Positions 1 through 13,505 of a DNA stretch of 64,000 nucleotides are shown in pieces. A program made the position numbers and the translations under genes. The notes beneath the pieces were generated by a model. It did no database searches and was not told where the DNA came from. It saw only the letters and a program-made list of their open reading frames with translations. Every line of letters starts with the position of its first letter. Positions within the stretch are counted from its first letter, which is position 1. The DNA is taken from the NCBI RefSeq assembly GCF_036365525.1, contig NC_090374.1, forward strand, positions 149,137,804-149,201,803, written 5' to 3'. The stretch is from Heterodontus francisci (lineage: Eukaryota).

Positions 1-2496
1 ATCACATTCCTCCATTCATTCGACCCCTCTGGAATATATGTCATCCGAGTACCCACTCTGGCCAATTGGCCCTTGAATGCGATAGTTCTATCCTGTGCAT
101 CATGAACATTCACAATACCACTATCCAGCCCTTGATCAACCATATTATGTTCCTCAGAACCTTCATCACAAGCATTTGAGGTACAAGGTGCGTCATTTCC
201 TTCTATCAGCTGTTCAGAGTCTGAGATTTTGTAATTTCTCCCAATTAATCGTAGAAAATGATCCTTAACAGTTTGATTCCCATGTTTGATAACTACTGTC
301 TTACCGTCAGGGCCTATTACTTTACCAGGGCCTTTCCATTTCCTACGACCCTCTCTTTTATAATACACCAAATCTCCTGAATTAAATTCTGTCTCAGATC
401 GTCCCACATGATACCTCAGAGCTCTCCGAAATTTTTTCAAGACCTCAACCTTAATGAAAGCCCGTCTCTCTGCATGTACAACATTCAGATGTGCAGAAAA
501 AAATTAACTCATTGTAGTACCTTCTAGAGTAGGAGGACTATTGCACAGCACAGAAGGCAATTTGAGATTTTGCCCATAGACGAATTGATAGGGCCTATAC
601 CCTCCAAACACCTGAAGTGAATTCTTTGCATGAACTGTGCATACCAGGGAGGTTGTTAACTTGCAGTCTAGTTGATCAGCTAAGATTTTATGCAGCATTG
701 CATCGATCACCACATGATTCCTTTCACAGAGTCCATTGCTGAAAGGACTTTCAGCTGCAGTATTCATGACCATAATGTTCATGTTTTCACACGTCTCTGA
801 ACCCGTCACTCCATTATCAGTCAGAAACTTAGCTGGTGCCCCAATTCCAGTCCCTATTCATTTCTCCATGACTTTGGCTTTAATAAACCTTTTGTCCTTG
901 CAATTTATTATTGTAGATAGACTAAATCTGGTTGCCAGGTCTATAAAACGTAGAATGAAAATATTTCTGTCTTTGTCCCATACATTTAGATCCATGGCAA
1001 CTACTTCATTAAAGTCATGTGCCAACGGTAGGCTTACAATAGGACATGGTGGCATCCTCTGATACTTTTTTACAGATCATTCACTTCTCAGTAATCGCTT
1101 CTATTAGCCTCATATACTCTTCATCAACCACACCTGCATCCTTTTTAATCTCTGACAAGAAGAGTGAGCAAATTGTTTGTGTAACTTTAAGACAATTTGC
1201 TTTTTTTCTCTCTGATTCTTATCACCTGATACCATTAATACTTCTCTAACACTTTGATGAGAAACATCAGGTTTTGTCAAGGGGATACAATAATGTCCTG
1301 ATTGGTTAAACTGCAGATTCACTGACTTTGCAAAAACAATTGCCTTATCACGCTCCATGTCAAATTTCATGTGTGTCTTTTTTCATAGAAGGTTTACTCA
1401 AAAGCAAAGGCATCTCACTGGAGCCTACATCAGTACTAATAAAGTGGCTTACTACAACTATTTTACATGGAATTAGAACACTCCTAATGACCTCAATGTC
1501 TTGTCATACCAAACCTAAAGCAAGTAGTACTTTTATACTCCTTAACCTTGCATCATTACTCACTACTGAGTGAATCTAGATAACATTTTAACCAATCTGT
1601 TCCACATACTGTCGAAGTGTAAGCACTATCTAGCACAGCACAGTTGAATGAGTCCACAACTAACGCATTCATCACAGGCCTAAAACACCTGTGACTAGTA
1701 CAATTTGGTCATATTCATCATTATCTTCATCTTCTGCCTCAGAATTCTCTGTGTTATGTGTCATTTTGAGGACCCTACCTCTCCGCTTAGTGCAGGTCAT
1801 TGCATAATGCTACTTCGAGTCACACCTATTAACTATTCCTTGGGCATTCCTGGGATTTATTTGCCAATAATTGCCGTCCCAATTCTATCTTCTGCTACAA
1901 TAGCTAGATCTGCAAAAGGCGCTTTCATCCTCATTCCACCTGTCTGTAACTCTTCCATTGAACTGATGACTGCATCCAATATCTGGACCATTTCAAAATC
2001 CAGCAATCATTGAGTTCTCTATTCTTTGTGTCACTGCAAAATGTCACATTTTTTCCAGCAAGGCTGCAAGAAATGTTGGTTTCCTCAGGAAACGTTTCAA
2101 GGCAGCAGACATCTGATCTAACAGGGAGTCTCTCTCCACGAACCGAACTCCAGTTAGAGCCAGGAGCCTGTCCATATGCGACACCTCAGCGCAATCCAGC
2201 AATTGAACTGCTAGCACTAAGCCAGGGATCTCTAAATTGAATTTCCTCAATCTTTTATACAGTCTGTTAAAGTCCATATGTTCCTCCATTGAATGACCAT
2301 CTGTTTTCCGAAATCTATCAAAGTGTGACCATGCCTTATCGGCATTTAATAGATCATCTTTCTTGTAAATTTCATCCAAGAATTCTAACAGAGGATTCAA
2401 ACCTTCATCAGTATCTAACTGATGGGCATCCAGCTCACTGAATTCTTTATTTCTGATTTTACTTCTGGTAGGAAGTGACAATACCAAGGCTATACT

Positions 2497-2856
2497 TTTT
2501 ATTTTATTTTTTATTTTATTTACAGATACAGCACTGAAACAGGCCCTTCAGCCCACCGGGTCTGTGCCAACCATCAACCACCCATTTATACTAATCCTAC
2601 ACTAATCCCATATTCCTCCCACATCCCCACCTGTCCCTATAGTTCCCTACCACCTACCTGTACTAGGGGCAATTTATAATGGCCAATTTACCTATCAACC
2701 TGCAAGTTTTTTTTTTGGCATGTGGGAGGAAACCGGGGCACCCGGAGAAAACCCACGCAGACACAGGGAGAACTTGCAAACTCCACACAGGCAGTACCCA
2801 GAATTGAACCCGGGTCGCTGGAGCTGTGAGGCTGCGGTGCTAACCACTGCGCCGCC
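2497..2856 (-). mobile_element. tRNA-derived V-SINE (HE1-like) inserted in Copia gag
   Basis: Near-identical to the copies at 35348-35686 and 39850-40208; tRNA-like head; CR1-type tail gggcctgtttcagtgctgtatc. Confidence 0.85.
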
Positions 2857-3061
2857 TTTGGTTCCTCTTTGGCAGGGACATAACTTGTGTCCACATATCC
2901 ACTTCATTCTTTCACCGGTCATATGGTTCTGACTCCAAGAATATCAGAGGGTAATCTTACCCCAAGAATTTACTCTTATTTTCAGCCATTTCTCACATTA
3001 GCTACTAGGATTGCAGTCTTCCGTCTGAATTTTTTTTAGTTTCCAACCTTCACCTTTAGGC

Positions 3062-3079
3062 AACCATCCTCTGATACCA
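3062..3079 (-). promoter_or_regulatory. Primer-binding site complementary to initiator tRNA-Met
   Basis: Minus strand TGGTATCAGAGGATGGTT matches at 17/18 the complement of the vertebrate tRNA-iMet 3' end (TGGTAGCAGAGGATGGTT); immediately follows the LTR. Confidence 0.9.
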
Positions 3080-3273
3080 TATTATATTCGAGAAAGCCAG
3101 TCGGTGAAGGATGATACAAGAGCCAATCTTTACTCAGTCTTATATTTATTTACAGAGCATATAGCTCCTAATTCAGCCCGCATACAGTTTCAGTCTTTTT
3201 ATGTGTGCTCAAGTAGACCCAATTAATGCCCTCCACCTGCATATAATAAAAAACAATTGATATACAATTAACA
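3080..3273 (-). repeat. 5' LTR (~194 bp) of the Copia element
   Basis: Begins TGTTAATTGT, contains AATAAA, abuts the PBS; homologous to the split solo LTR at 54851-57688. Confidence 0.85.
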
Positions 3274-3279
3274 TCCCCC

Positions 3280-4970
3280 ACTGAAACAGCAATCTTCCAC
3301 CAACCATGCTGCAGCCACTGTGGTAACACTGCATAGGAGCACTAGGACAGGCAAAGGAACCTTCAAGACTGGGACTAAGGAAAAGTATAAAAGTGATTAG
3401 TTGTGTATTGTATGGAGTTTTTGGCATGCTGTTGGATAAAGTTGCCATGGAGTGGTTGTTTTGCGGTCTCTTTTATTTCAGGATTGTGGCAAGGGGACAC
3501 TGTGATGACCCGTCACAAAGGGTTGGTAACCTGGCGAGCTGATGAGCAACGGAGATCTGCAGTTTCATTCAGCGGAACCAAAGACCGATGAGGTGCTCAC
3601 AGACAGCACGTCCATAACATGGGTGTGTCGGCTGCCTCCTCCCTTCCTCCTCTTCCTGAGGTGTTCACCGAACCTGTGGTAGCAAGGGCTGCATCCTCAT
3701 GACGGTCAGGTTGTAGAGGATGCAAAAGACAACTACAAATTGGGACACCCGCTCCGGCGAGTACTTCAGAGGTCCTCCTGAGCAGTCCAGGCAGCAGAAC
3801 CTTTCCTTCAGCACCCCAATTGTCTGCTCGATGATGTGGCAGCACGGCTCTCATTGTATGGGTGCTGGCCACGAATGGTGGGGTTGTGGAAGTAAGTCAT
3901 TAGCCACGTGTATAAAAGATAGCCCTCGTCAACGAGCAGCCACCTGCAGATTTATATGACGGTTGGAAGATTTCTGGCACAGTGACTGGTGCAGGATGAA
4001 CTCATCGTGACTGCTGCCAGGATAGCAGCCATTCACCAGCATGATATACTGGGAATGGCCAAACACCAACTGCACATGCACTTACCATTAAAATGCAGCA
4101 CCTGCCATGGATGTGCAGTCAATGGCACGCTGCACCATGGGGAAACACGTGTACTCCTGCTTCTGTCTCTCTCCTGACATACAGAATCTCTGTGACCTCC
4201 CGGATACAGGGATGGATGGTGAGCTGTTTACTATATTACTTGTTCCAACCTGGAAGGATCCGCTAGCAAAACATTTACGGGGCCACAGTCACCTTGATGG
4301 CCATTGGCAGTACCATCCACGTCCTGCCCTGAGGCTGCAGGTCTGGTTCCAAGTGTTGGCACAGTTCTGTGACCAGGTGAAGCACAGTGCTCCTAGCTGA
4401 GGTGCAGGTTGGAGAAGTGCTCCCCGAGGACCCTAGCTGGGTAAGGTGCCATGATGGGAGCCTTCCTCCTCCTCCTTCTGCAAGCAGTTTGGACTCTTTG
4501 CTGCCTCTGCTCCATCCCCCTCTGATGCTGCACCCCAAGGGGAAAGTATCGTTCCCATTACTGGGAGCTAATTGTGTAGTCGGAGGTTTTCCAGCACCAC
4601 TCGCTATGGACTTTACCAACTTTTCAGAACACTTCCAACAACCCAGTACTGCTATAAACTCTGTTAGAGCCAGTAGATAACAATAAGCAACAAACTTGCA
4701 AGTTGGATGGATCCCTTTAAATAGAGCAGGTGGGTCACTCATGCATGTTCAGCTGTGCATGTTTAAGAGAGGGTGGCAACTAGAGTGGCACGATTACAAA
4801 TGGCAGGTCATGCATCAAATCGTCATCAGATGCTGACTGAAGTCACGATCTGCTTACTCTGCATACGTCTGGCGAACACACGTTAATACCTGCAACGGAA
4901 GTGGTCAAGAGTGACCCCCTGCCATTTTTCACTGTAATTGGCATCCGAAGCACCAGAATTACCATCTACA
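3280..4970 (-). mobile_element. Decayed PIF/Harbinger remnant (HARBI1-like transposase pseudogene ~3690-4400)
   Basis: Minus translation IIEQTIGVLKERFCCLDCSGGPLKYSPERVSQFVVVFCILYNL, and LPMAIKVTVA; paralogous to the transposase at 19.2-20.0 kb. Ends approximate. Confidence 0.75.
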
Positions 4971-5383
4971 GTGCCAAATGTTGCGACCAGAGTCTTCTAT
5001 AGTTCACAACGGCATTGTGAACATAAAATATAAAACTATCCTCTCCTCTCCTTCCACCCAAAGAGCAAATCAGGAACTCAGATTTATCAAGTCAGAAAGA
5101 CTTTCAACAGGCAGCATGTAGCTGGAACAAACAATTCAAAGTGGAAATTATTAGATTCCCTTATCAACCTTCAGATCTGTTTGTTCCCCCTTAGATTCTA
5201 ATGTCAGAGCATATTTAACCAAACCTTTGTATACCAAATTCCATTCCTTTTTCTTTTATAAAGACACACAAGGTCCTTGCAGCCATGATGAGAATACCTT
5301 CTAACATTTTACAGATATAGAACTTGCCAGGAATTTGAAAAACAAAACCACCAGCAACACCTTTTACAGACCATTAGTATAAT

Positions 5384-5530
5384 CTTTCCTTTTGGGCCTC
5401 CTTATCTCGAGAGACAATGGATACGCGCCTGGAGGTGGTCAGTGGTTTGTGAAGCAGCGCCTGGAGTGGCTATAAAGGCCAATTCTGGAGTAACAGGCTC
5501 TTCCACAGGTGCTGCAGAGAAATTTGTTTG
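5384..5530 (-). mobile_element. 147-bp 3'-end copy of the RTE LINE
   Basis: Almost identical to the 3' end of the element at 61044-63724 (FLCSTCGRAC.SRIGLYSHSRRC plus 3'UTR); 10-bp TSD ttagtataat at 5374-5383 and 5531-5540. Confidence 0.95.
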
Positions 5531-5664
5531 TTAGTATAATACAACAGCAAGAAAGAGCTAGAGAGTGGCATAGATAGGTACAGTCAGAGACAGAGGCAGA
5601 AAAAGAGAGAGGCAGGCAGACAGAAAGAAAGAGAGAGAGAGAAAGAGACATTGAGATAGAGAGA

Positions 5665-8242
5665 ATCATAGAAATTTACAACAAAAAAGAAAGCTATTCA
5701 GCCCATCGTGCCTGTGCCAGATGAAAAATATGTATCTAGCCTGATTCCACTTTCCAGCACTTGGTCCGTAGCCTTTTAGGTTATAGCACTTCAAGTGCTT
5801 ATCCAAGTATTTTTAAATGTGATGAAGTTTTCTACCTCTACCACCCTTTCAGGCAGTGAGTCCTAGATCCCCACCACCCTCTAGGTGAAAAACATTCTCC
5901 TCAATTCCTCCCTAATCCTTCTACTAATTATGATCTCTCTGCTAAGGGAAATAGGTCCTTCCTGTCCACACTGCACAGTCCACTAGCGGTGGCCAAACTA
6001 GTGCTTTCTACAGTTCTAGCATACCCTCCTTGCTCTTTTATTCTATGCCTCGGCTAATAAAGGAGAGTATCCCGCAGGCCTTCTTACCCAGCTTATACAG
6101 TCAAATAGTCATTTGCAGCACAGAAGGAGGCAATTCAGCCCATCAAGTCCATGCAGGCTCTCCACGGAGCTATGCAGTCATTCCCACTCCCCAGCTCGAA
6201 CCCCATGTGGCCCTGCAAGTCTATTTCTCTCAGGTGGTCATCCAGCTTCCTCTTGAGGTCATTGATCGTCTTCACTTCCACCACCCTTGTGGGCAGTGAG
6301 TTCCAGATCATTACCACCCACTGCATAAAAAAATGCTTCCTCATATTCCCCCTCCATCTTTTGCCCAAAACTTTCAATCTGTGTCCCCTAGTCCTTGTCT
6401 AATTTATTTAAATCTGTTATAATCATGTACACTTCTATTAAATCTCCCCTCAATCTCCTTTGTTCTAAAGAGAACAAACCCAGCTTTTCCAACCTAACCT
6501 TGTAACTAAAATCTTCCATCCCTGGAACCATTCTGGTAAATCTCCTCTGCACCCTCTCAAGGACCCTCGCATTCTTCCTGAAGTGTGGCGACCAGAACTG
6601 GACACAATACTCCAGCTGGGGCCTCACTAGAGCTTTATAAAGGTTCAGCATAACTTCTCTGCTTTTGTACTCAATGCCTCTATTTATGAATCCAAAGATC
6701 CCAATCGCTTTGCTAACCACTCTCTCAATATCTCCTGCCACCTTCAAAGATCGATACACATGCATCCTCAGATCCTTCAGTTCCTGCAAACTCTTTAGAA
6801 CTGTGCCATTAAGTACATATTGCCTCTCCCTATTCCTTCTGCCAAAATGCATTACTTCACATCTGTCAGTATTAAATTCCATCTGTCACCTCTCTGCCCA
6901 TTCTGCTAGCCTATCATCCTGTTGTAGGCAGTTCATATCATCCTCACTGTTTGCCGCACCTCCAAGTTTTGTGTCATCAGCAAATTTTGAGATTCTACTC
7001 TGCATTCCAAGATCCAAGTCATTTATATATATCAAAAAAAGCAGTGGTCCCAGCACTGACCCTTGGGGAATACCAATGTCGACTATCCTCCAGTCTGGAA
7101 AACTGTCCTTAAGCCAACTTTTTCTGTCCTTAAGCCAACTTTTTATCCAATTTGACACTGACATTCCATGAGTCTCAATTTTTTTAACCAGCCTTTTATG
7201 TGGTACCTTATTAAACATTTCCTTAAAATCCATATAAACAACATCAACCACATTCTCTTCATTAACCTTCTCTGTTATTTCATCAAAAAATTCAATTAGA
7301 TTTGTCAAGCATGATCTGCCTTTCACAAATCCATGCTGGCTGTACTTAATTAACTCAAACCTCTCTTAGTGTCCGTTGATATTTTCCCTGATTACAGTTT
7401 CTAAAACCTTACCCACCACTGATGTTAAACTAACTGGCCTGTAGTTGCTAGGACTGTCCTTATCTACCTGTCCTGCTACCTTCAGGGATCTGTGGACAGG
7501 CACTACAAGGGCCCCCTGCTCCTTTACACTTCTCAGTATCCTACCATTTATATTGTGTATTCTTTTGCCTTGTTTGCCCTCCCCAAATGCATTACCTCAC
7601 ACTTCCCTGGATTGAATTCCATTTGTCATGTTTCTGTCCCACCTGACCAGTCCATGGATATCTTCCTGCAGTCTACAGCTTTCTTCCTAGAAACTGCACG
7701 GTTAATTTTCATGTCATCTGCAAACTTCTTAATCATGCCCCCTACATTAAGTCTAAATCATTGATATATATCATGAAAAGTGAGGGACCCCGTACCGAGC
7801 TCGGCAGAACCCCATTGGAAACAGCCGTCCAGTCACAAAAACACCCATCAACCATTACCCTTTGCTTTCTGCCACCGAGCCAATTTGGATCCAACTTGCC
7901 ACTTTGCCTTGGATCCCATGGGTTTTCATTTTCTGACCAGTCTTTCATGTTGAACCTTGTCAAAAGCTTTTCTAACATTCATGCAGACTACATCAAATGT
8001 GCTACCCTCATCGCCCATCCTGCTACCTCCTCAAAAATTCAACCAAGTTAGTCAGATACGACCTTCCCTTAACAAATCCAGGTTGGTTATCCTTGATTAA
8101 TCTGTGCCTTTCTAAATGACACTTAATACTGTCCCTCAGAATGTGTTCCAATAATTTGCCCACCATCGAGGTTAGAGTGACTGGCCTGTAATTACTTGGT
8201 CTATCACTTTTCCTTTTTTAAAACAACAGTGTAATGTTAGCA
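5665..8242 (-). mobile_element. Decayed CR1 LINE with a second CR1 nested in it (~6097-7458)
   Basis: CR1 RT motifs (PQGSVLGPLLFLIYINDL, SKFADD, YKALVRPQLEYC, LERVQRRFTRM); two 3' tails; outer element resumes at ~7459 with cttat at both junctions. Confidence 0.88.
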
Positions 8243-8274
8243 GAGAAAGGCAAAGAGACAGACAGAGATAGAGG

Positions 8275-8734
8275 TGGGGACTTTAACTTGTCGCCCAATA
8301 GTGTGTGGGAAACCCGGAAGTCAGAGTTTTCCCCGCACATTGTGGAGTTTTAACTCCCCAGTGTAAGTGGGCCTTACTGACATGCTCCCCATCCGGAAGT
8401 CAGCCTAATTGAGAGGCTTGGCTTGCAGTCCCGATTGAGTGGGGCTGGTGGGGGGGGGCGGGGGGGGGTCCAAGCCTGCTTGGAGGAGGGGCAATCCCGG
8501 CTGTTTGGTGGGGCGGGGGGGGAGCTGGATGCGGTGGTCACAGCCTGAGGGAACAGAGGCTTATGGGGGATCTACCCCATGTGGGGAAACCCCAACATTT
8601 GGGTTTTTCACGTAGTACCAGGCACCACAGCACCACCGCGCCCACCAGGTCCACAGCACCGCCCCGCACCAACCACCCCACCCCCTCCCTCCCGCCCCCG
8701 TCACTCCCAGCTGGTCAAACAGTTAAAATCTCCC
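8275..8734. mobile_element. Probable MITE
   Basis: Imperfect terminal inverted repeats GGGGACTTTAACT / AGTTAAAATCTCCC around a GC-rich non-coding core. Confidence 0.5.
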
Positions 8735-8775
8735 TTTAACTCCACACTGCACAACACACAGTTCATATACTCATG

Positions 8776-9480
8776 GGGCTGGATTTTGCAGTCCCGCCGC
8801 CGGGAGCAGGTGCGGAAAATACTGGCCGCTCCGCAGAGCAGCCGCGCCTCCACGATTACGTGGTGGATGGCCACTTAACATATTGACTCCAACAACACCC
8901 CCCCCCCCCCCAAATCATGTGTCGGTGGCAGCATTGGCAACACCGCTCATGACGTCACCTGATGCTGGAGTAGATGCTGCCGCCATTTCTAAAAGGCTGC
9001 CAGCCCTGCAAACAGTTCAAAATCATGCAGAGTTGACCCTGTTCCCCCAACCGCATATCCACAAAATATTGCAGTGTTGCCCCCTCCTCCCCTTTTCCTT
9101 ACATACAATACAGAGTTGACCCCTTCCCCCCACCCATCAATATTCAGAATGCAGCAGAGACTCCTTCCCCTCCTCGGTGGTGCCAGCTTTTCCTGCACAG
9201 GAAAGTAAAGGCACATGAATGCCACACGTCGCGTTGAAGATTGGGAACGGATGGGAAGATTGCAGTGGATGACATGCTAATGTATGAAATATTTAAACCA
9301 GGATCCCGTCGCAGAGCGGCAGAGGGGCCGCCACTGAGCTTCCCCGCCTCCTGGAATTTCGGGCCCGGCAATTCCAGCGTCAGGTTCCGTGGCGGCCACT
9401 AACACTCCGATTCTCTGGTTCTGCCCACCCCTTCACCACGCCACAAAACCCGACGTTGGGCTGAGAACAAAATCCAGCCC
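8776..9480. mobile_element. Harbinger-type MITE
   Basis: Perfect TIR GGGCTGGATTTT...AAAATCCAGCCC; 3-bp TSD ATG/ATG; same TIR as the left end of 16708-20681. Confidence 0.88.
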
Positions 9481-9769
9481 ATGATGTTAAGTATTCGGTA
9501 AAATTGTGAAAGAACCTGGACTTTAAAGGAAATATCCTTGGGAATTAAAATGTTAAAACATCTTCAAGCTACTCAAGTTGTACTATATTTAAAAGCTAGC
9601 ACTGGTATCACAACACTGTCAAAAATCTTGAACTGCAGTGTTGGGTTCTACTTGAAGGAAAATCTCTGTCTGGTGAGGCAGATGAGATGATGCCACAGAG
9701 TGACGTGTTCCAGATTGATTTATATCAGTACATAATTGTTAAAAACAAATAAAGATTTGCTGGCTTTTC

Positions 9770-10262
9770 CCCATTGGCCAATGGGTTTAAGGCCAAAGCA
9801 ATACTAAACAACAGAGGGTCGGCATAGATTTTGATCGCTGGTCTGGGCTGAGTTGGCCGATCACAGGCAGGGCAGCAGTTAAAGCTCTAAAATTGATTTC
9901 CGTGCTCCTGGGCCAGGGAGTTAAAAATCAGCTAGGATTCCTGCTAACCAGGTAATTCTGAAAAGTGTTCGTGCGTAAAAGTCAGGTGGAAACAGGACTG
10001 GGCTCGGCTGTAATTCCCTCCATGGTTAAATAGGCTGACATGAAAACAAGACACGACTAGGCTGTCTGTAGAACCTTACATCATTGATGTCAACCATCAT
10101 GACTAAAACAAATTATATGGTCATTATCTCATTGCTGTTTGTGAGATCTTGCTGTGCGCAGATTGTCAGGTTTCCCACATTATAACAGTGACTATACTTC
10201 AACAAATATTTCAATGGCTGTAAAGCACTTTGCGACATCCTGTGAAGGGGAAAAGTGCTTTC
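9770..10262 (+). mobile_element. Old SINE-like sequence followed by a DeuSINE/L2-type tail
   Basis: Similar to 12785-13100; 3' part matches the tail of the SINE at 48724-49310. Confidence 0.5.
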
Positions 10263-12451
10263 ATCATCATCCCTTCCTGTTTCATTCACCTACCCATTTT
10301 CTTTACTTGGAAATATATGTGAAAGACAGCATACAGACACCTGTAAGTACACTAAGAGAAAGAATGGAAACAATTAATCTTTCCATACATCTCCTGGCAT
10401 GGCCTTATTCTTTGATAAGTTATAATATTTAGCACCTGCTGTTTCTCTGCCTTTTCAAACTATTTTTATTTGTCTCCTCTTTGTCTCTCATACAAAATGA
10501 AGTATATCTCATCTATCCTCTTGACACTTTTGTAGTTTGTGTTATGAATATTACACAAATTAAATTACTTGCATTCTGCACTGTTGTTACCAGACTATTA
10601 TCTATGCTGTTAATTCTCCATGTGTCCTCTCCCGTTTTGTTCACTTGAGCAGTGACAGTATGGTAATGAAGGGAATCTCTAAACTGTCACCCGTGATTGC
10701 CGTAGAAATCATTTCAGATGGTTAAAAACATTAAGAAATAACAAAATAGGACATTTGCAGGGCACCATTTTTTTGATATGCCCCAAACACATAAAATTTT
10801 TTCTACTGAAAATATTTTATGTAATGCCATTTTTTTATTCATATAGCTCCACATTTTTTCATAAAAAAACAGAAAAACAAGTGAAAATGAAAACTTTCTA
10901 ATGAAGCTGAAAGGGACGTCGGAGGAACACAGCAAAGGGCCAGTGGGAATAGCAGACGGGGTTCATTGGATGAAGCATGTCGAAGGAGAAATTGGTCAAA
11001 AGGTAGGTCATTGGTGGAGTTATTGCTTCAAGATAAATGGTCTCAATGCAACCATGTTGGCATGGATCCCAGTTGGAAAGCTAGCTCTAAGTACAGTAGC
11101 CCAGGAGTATAATTACATTATGATCTGGTTTTAACTTTTCACAGGTTAGTAAAAGGGATTTCTGTTACTATTTTTTAAACAGTGAAGGACGTGACATTTT
11201 GTAGAAGCTGACTTTGGATCAAGGAATGATTATACAAAATATACATAGTGACGGGCAGTTACTTCAGGAAAATATCTCCTTCTGTTTTGTTAATTAAATA
11301 TTGAAGGTCAAGCTTTTAATCAAAGTGCGGTAGAGGTTATTGCTGAAAGCACATTGGACAATTGGAATTTATTACTGCTGCATTAAGAAGCAACCAGTAA
11401 TGAAGACAATTCAAAAGTTCATTTGCTTTGTCATTTTTGTTGTCAGGTTGTAATGATCTGCGATATACTGGTCAAAATAACCATTTAATACTGCTCTCCA
11501 TAAAGATTAAAGCTACTAGTAAATTGCCTGTGGTGTTGACTACGGTTAGTTAATAAATATGTCTTTGTTATATTCAAGATGCTGGCAGAGTTGGGAAGAT
11601 GTATTTCAGAAACTTGTTCCATGAAGTCATCTAATGGCCAAGGCCTGTAACTGCATTGTGACAGTTGACATGGCAGAATTGAATGGGAAACTTTGACAGA
11701 AAAATGTGGCCAAAAATCACAACAACAGAAGTAAGGCTTATGAAAAGAAAGTTCAACCATAAGCAAGGTTTTTAATCATTTATAGATTTACACAATACAG
11801 ACCCCTGCGTGGGATGAGAGAAATTCATCAAGCCTGCTCCCTCCACACATTATGGGGCACACTTTACCAATATGAGCCCCTGATGCACAGCTTCCCATTC
11901 CATGGGTACATATAGGCAATTTCAGTGGGGAGGTCAGTAGTCTCTACAAGATATGGTCCATTAATAAGTGGAGGATCCTGTGCAGCCAGCTGGACCCAGA
12001 GCCTGAATTCTTGCTAAACAACCCCAATGTATGAAGTTGTATGCCACGAGCATGCATACACAACAGCTATCCTCATGTACAACCTGTCTTGTCGTGGACA
12101 CTGCAGTTCCTACTTAATCTCCCAAGATACTCACTGGCAAAGCTCCTCTTGCTCCGAGTGGTTCGGTAAAAACATATCAAACATTGACATTACCACAAAT
12201 AGATGCATTCTGGTCAACTTTTTATGACCAAGACTTCGATTGAATGAAAAACCAGTCTTCAGAGCTGGTTTTCAGCCAAAGACATCCCTTTTGCTTAAAA
12301 AGTGCATCCAAATGATATAGCAGTAGCCAGAAAAGGAGAGAAACAGAAAGTAAAACATTTTAAAGGTGCATCTATTTTAAAGGAAAAAGGGTTAAGAGGG
12401 ATTAAAGCATTGTCCCAGCTGTTCAGTAAACTTATCCAGGGAGTATGTGAG

Positions 12452-12781
12452 GTCCAGGACTATGTGCTGAGGGACGCACTAAAGCTTGGGGCAGCCGCAG
12501 CAAAGGCTCAATGGGGAAAGACCACAGTGTAAGGTCCCCCCCACCAAGCTGAACTGAGGGGCTGGATCCATGGGAAACCCCTCGAACTGTATCGGGAAAA
12601 TTTTGTGTGCTGTAAATGTAAAAATGTAATTGGCATGACAATGAAATGGAAGGGTTGTGAGGCAACCCATGATTGTATAGAAGGAAACTGTATTTTTTGA
12701 CTTGATGCTGTTTTAAACTGTTTGGGAATGTATTTTTCACAGATTTTTATGAATAAAGTATATTTTGGAAATTTTAAAAAA
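12452..12781 (+). mobile_element. 3' end of a Tx1/L1-group LINE
   Basis: ORF end VQDYVLRDALKLGAAAAKAQWGKTTV*, 3'UTR, AATAAA and A-tail; gtgag at both junctions. Family assignment from recalled similarity only. Confidence 0.55.
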
Positions 12782-13399
12782 GTGAGTCACAAGGACCAGT
12801 AGGACCCAGGCTTGAGCCTCAGTGTGTGCTGTGTTAGCTGATCTCAGCTGGGTCTGTGCTCAAAACTGTATAACTCATCTCATTAGAGAAGAATGTCAGC
12901 TTCAGTCACTGTTACTAATCAGCAGCCAGGGTCCCCATTGGTAATTGCACCAACAATGGGTTGGGAGAGTGTTGAGCCCGGCTGTGATGGTCTTTGCAGT
13001 CAAATAGCCTACCCACACTCACTGTTATAGGTAAATATCAGCCACTTGGACAAGGTGTCTGGGGCCTGTGGAACCAGACCCTACAAAAAGCAACTGGTGG
13101 AGCTGGGGATACTGTACATTATGTACAATATTGATCTCTAGAGGGGGTCTGTGTCTGTGCTGCCACAGAAAGTGTTGATTTGGCTCTTTATTGGGTGTAT
13201 TTGCCAACATTTTGGAGCAGACTTTTTAATAAATATTTGGTCGTGTTTACACTACTTCATGTGAGGGTACATACCCTGCTGAGCTGAACTGAAAGCCACT
13301 AACACCATTAACAATGTATCCACTTCGAGAACTTCATTTTAAGGAGAAAGCCCACCACCACCTTCTCAGGGCAACTAGAGATGAGCAATAAATGCCCGC

Positions 13400-13505
13400 A
13401 ATGGGATTAGTGTAGGATTAGTATAAATGGGTGGTTGATGTTCGACACAGACTCGGTGGGCCGAAGGGCCTGTTTCAGTGCTGTATCTCTAATCTAATCT
13501 AATCT
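13400..13505 (+). mobile_element. 3' fragment of HE1-like SINE inserted in a CR1-group tail
   Basis: SINE tail ending (ctaat)n; aatgccc on both sides; host tail ttctcagggcaact...cccacatcc. Confidence 0.8.

Larger units (their letters stand above)
1..3273 (-). mobile_element. Decayed Ty1/Copia LTR retrotransposon (GalEa-like), 5' half; RT/RNaseH would lie left of the window
   Basis: Minus-strand order: LTR, PBS, gag (ATG at 2989; MAENKSKF..PYDR*KNEVDMWT; ORF 2044-2487), degenerate CCHC knuckle (~1790-1840), protease (AVLDSA.TSTVCG ~1600-1650), integrase (KLHKQFAH; FNEVVAMDL; SPFSNGLCERNH), then WKGPGKVIGPDG. Integrase directly after protease is the Copia order. Many stops and frameshifts. Confidence 0.88.

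Noticed and set aside
6665-7171. Antisense ORFs over LINEs (also 36077-36436, 61835-62119, 62492-62710)
   Set aside because: Shadow frames of RT coding sequence.
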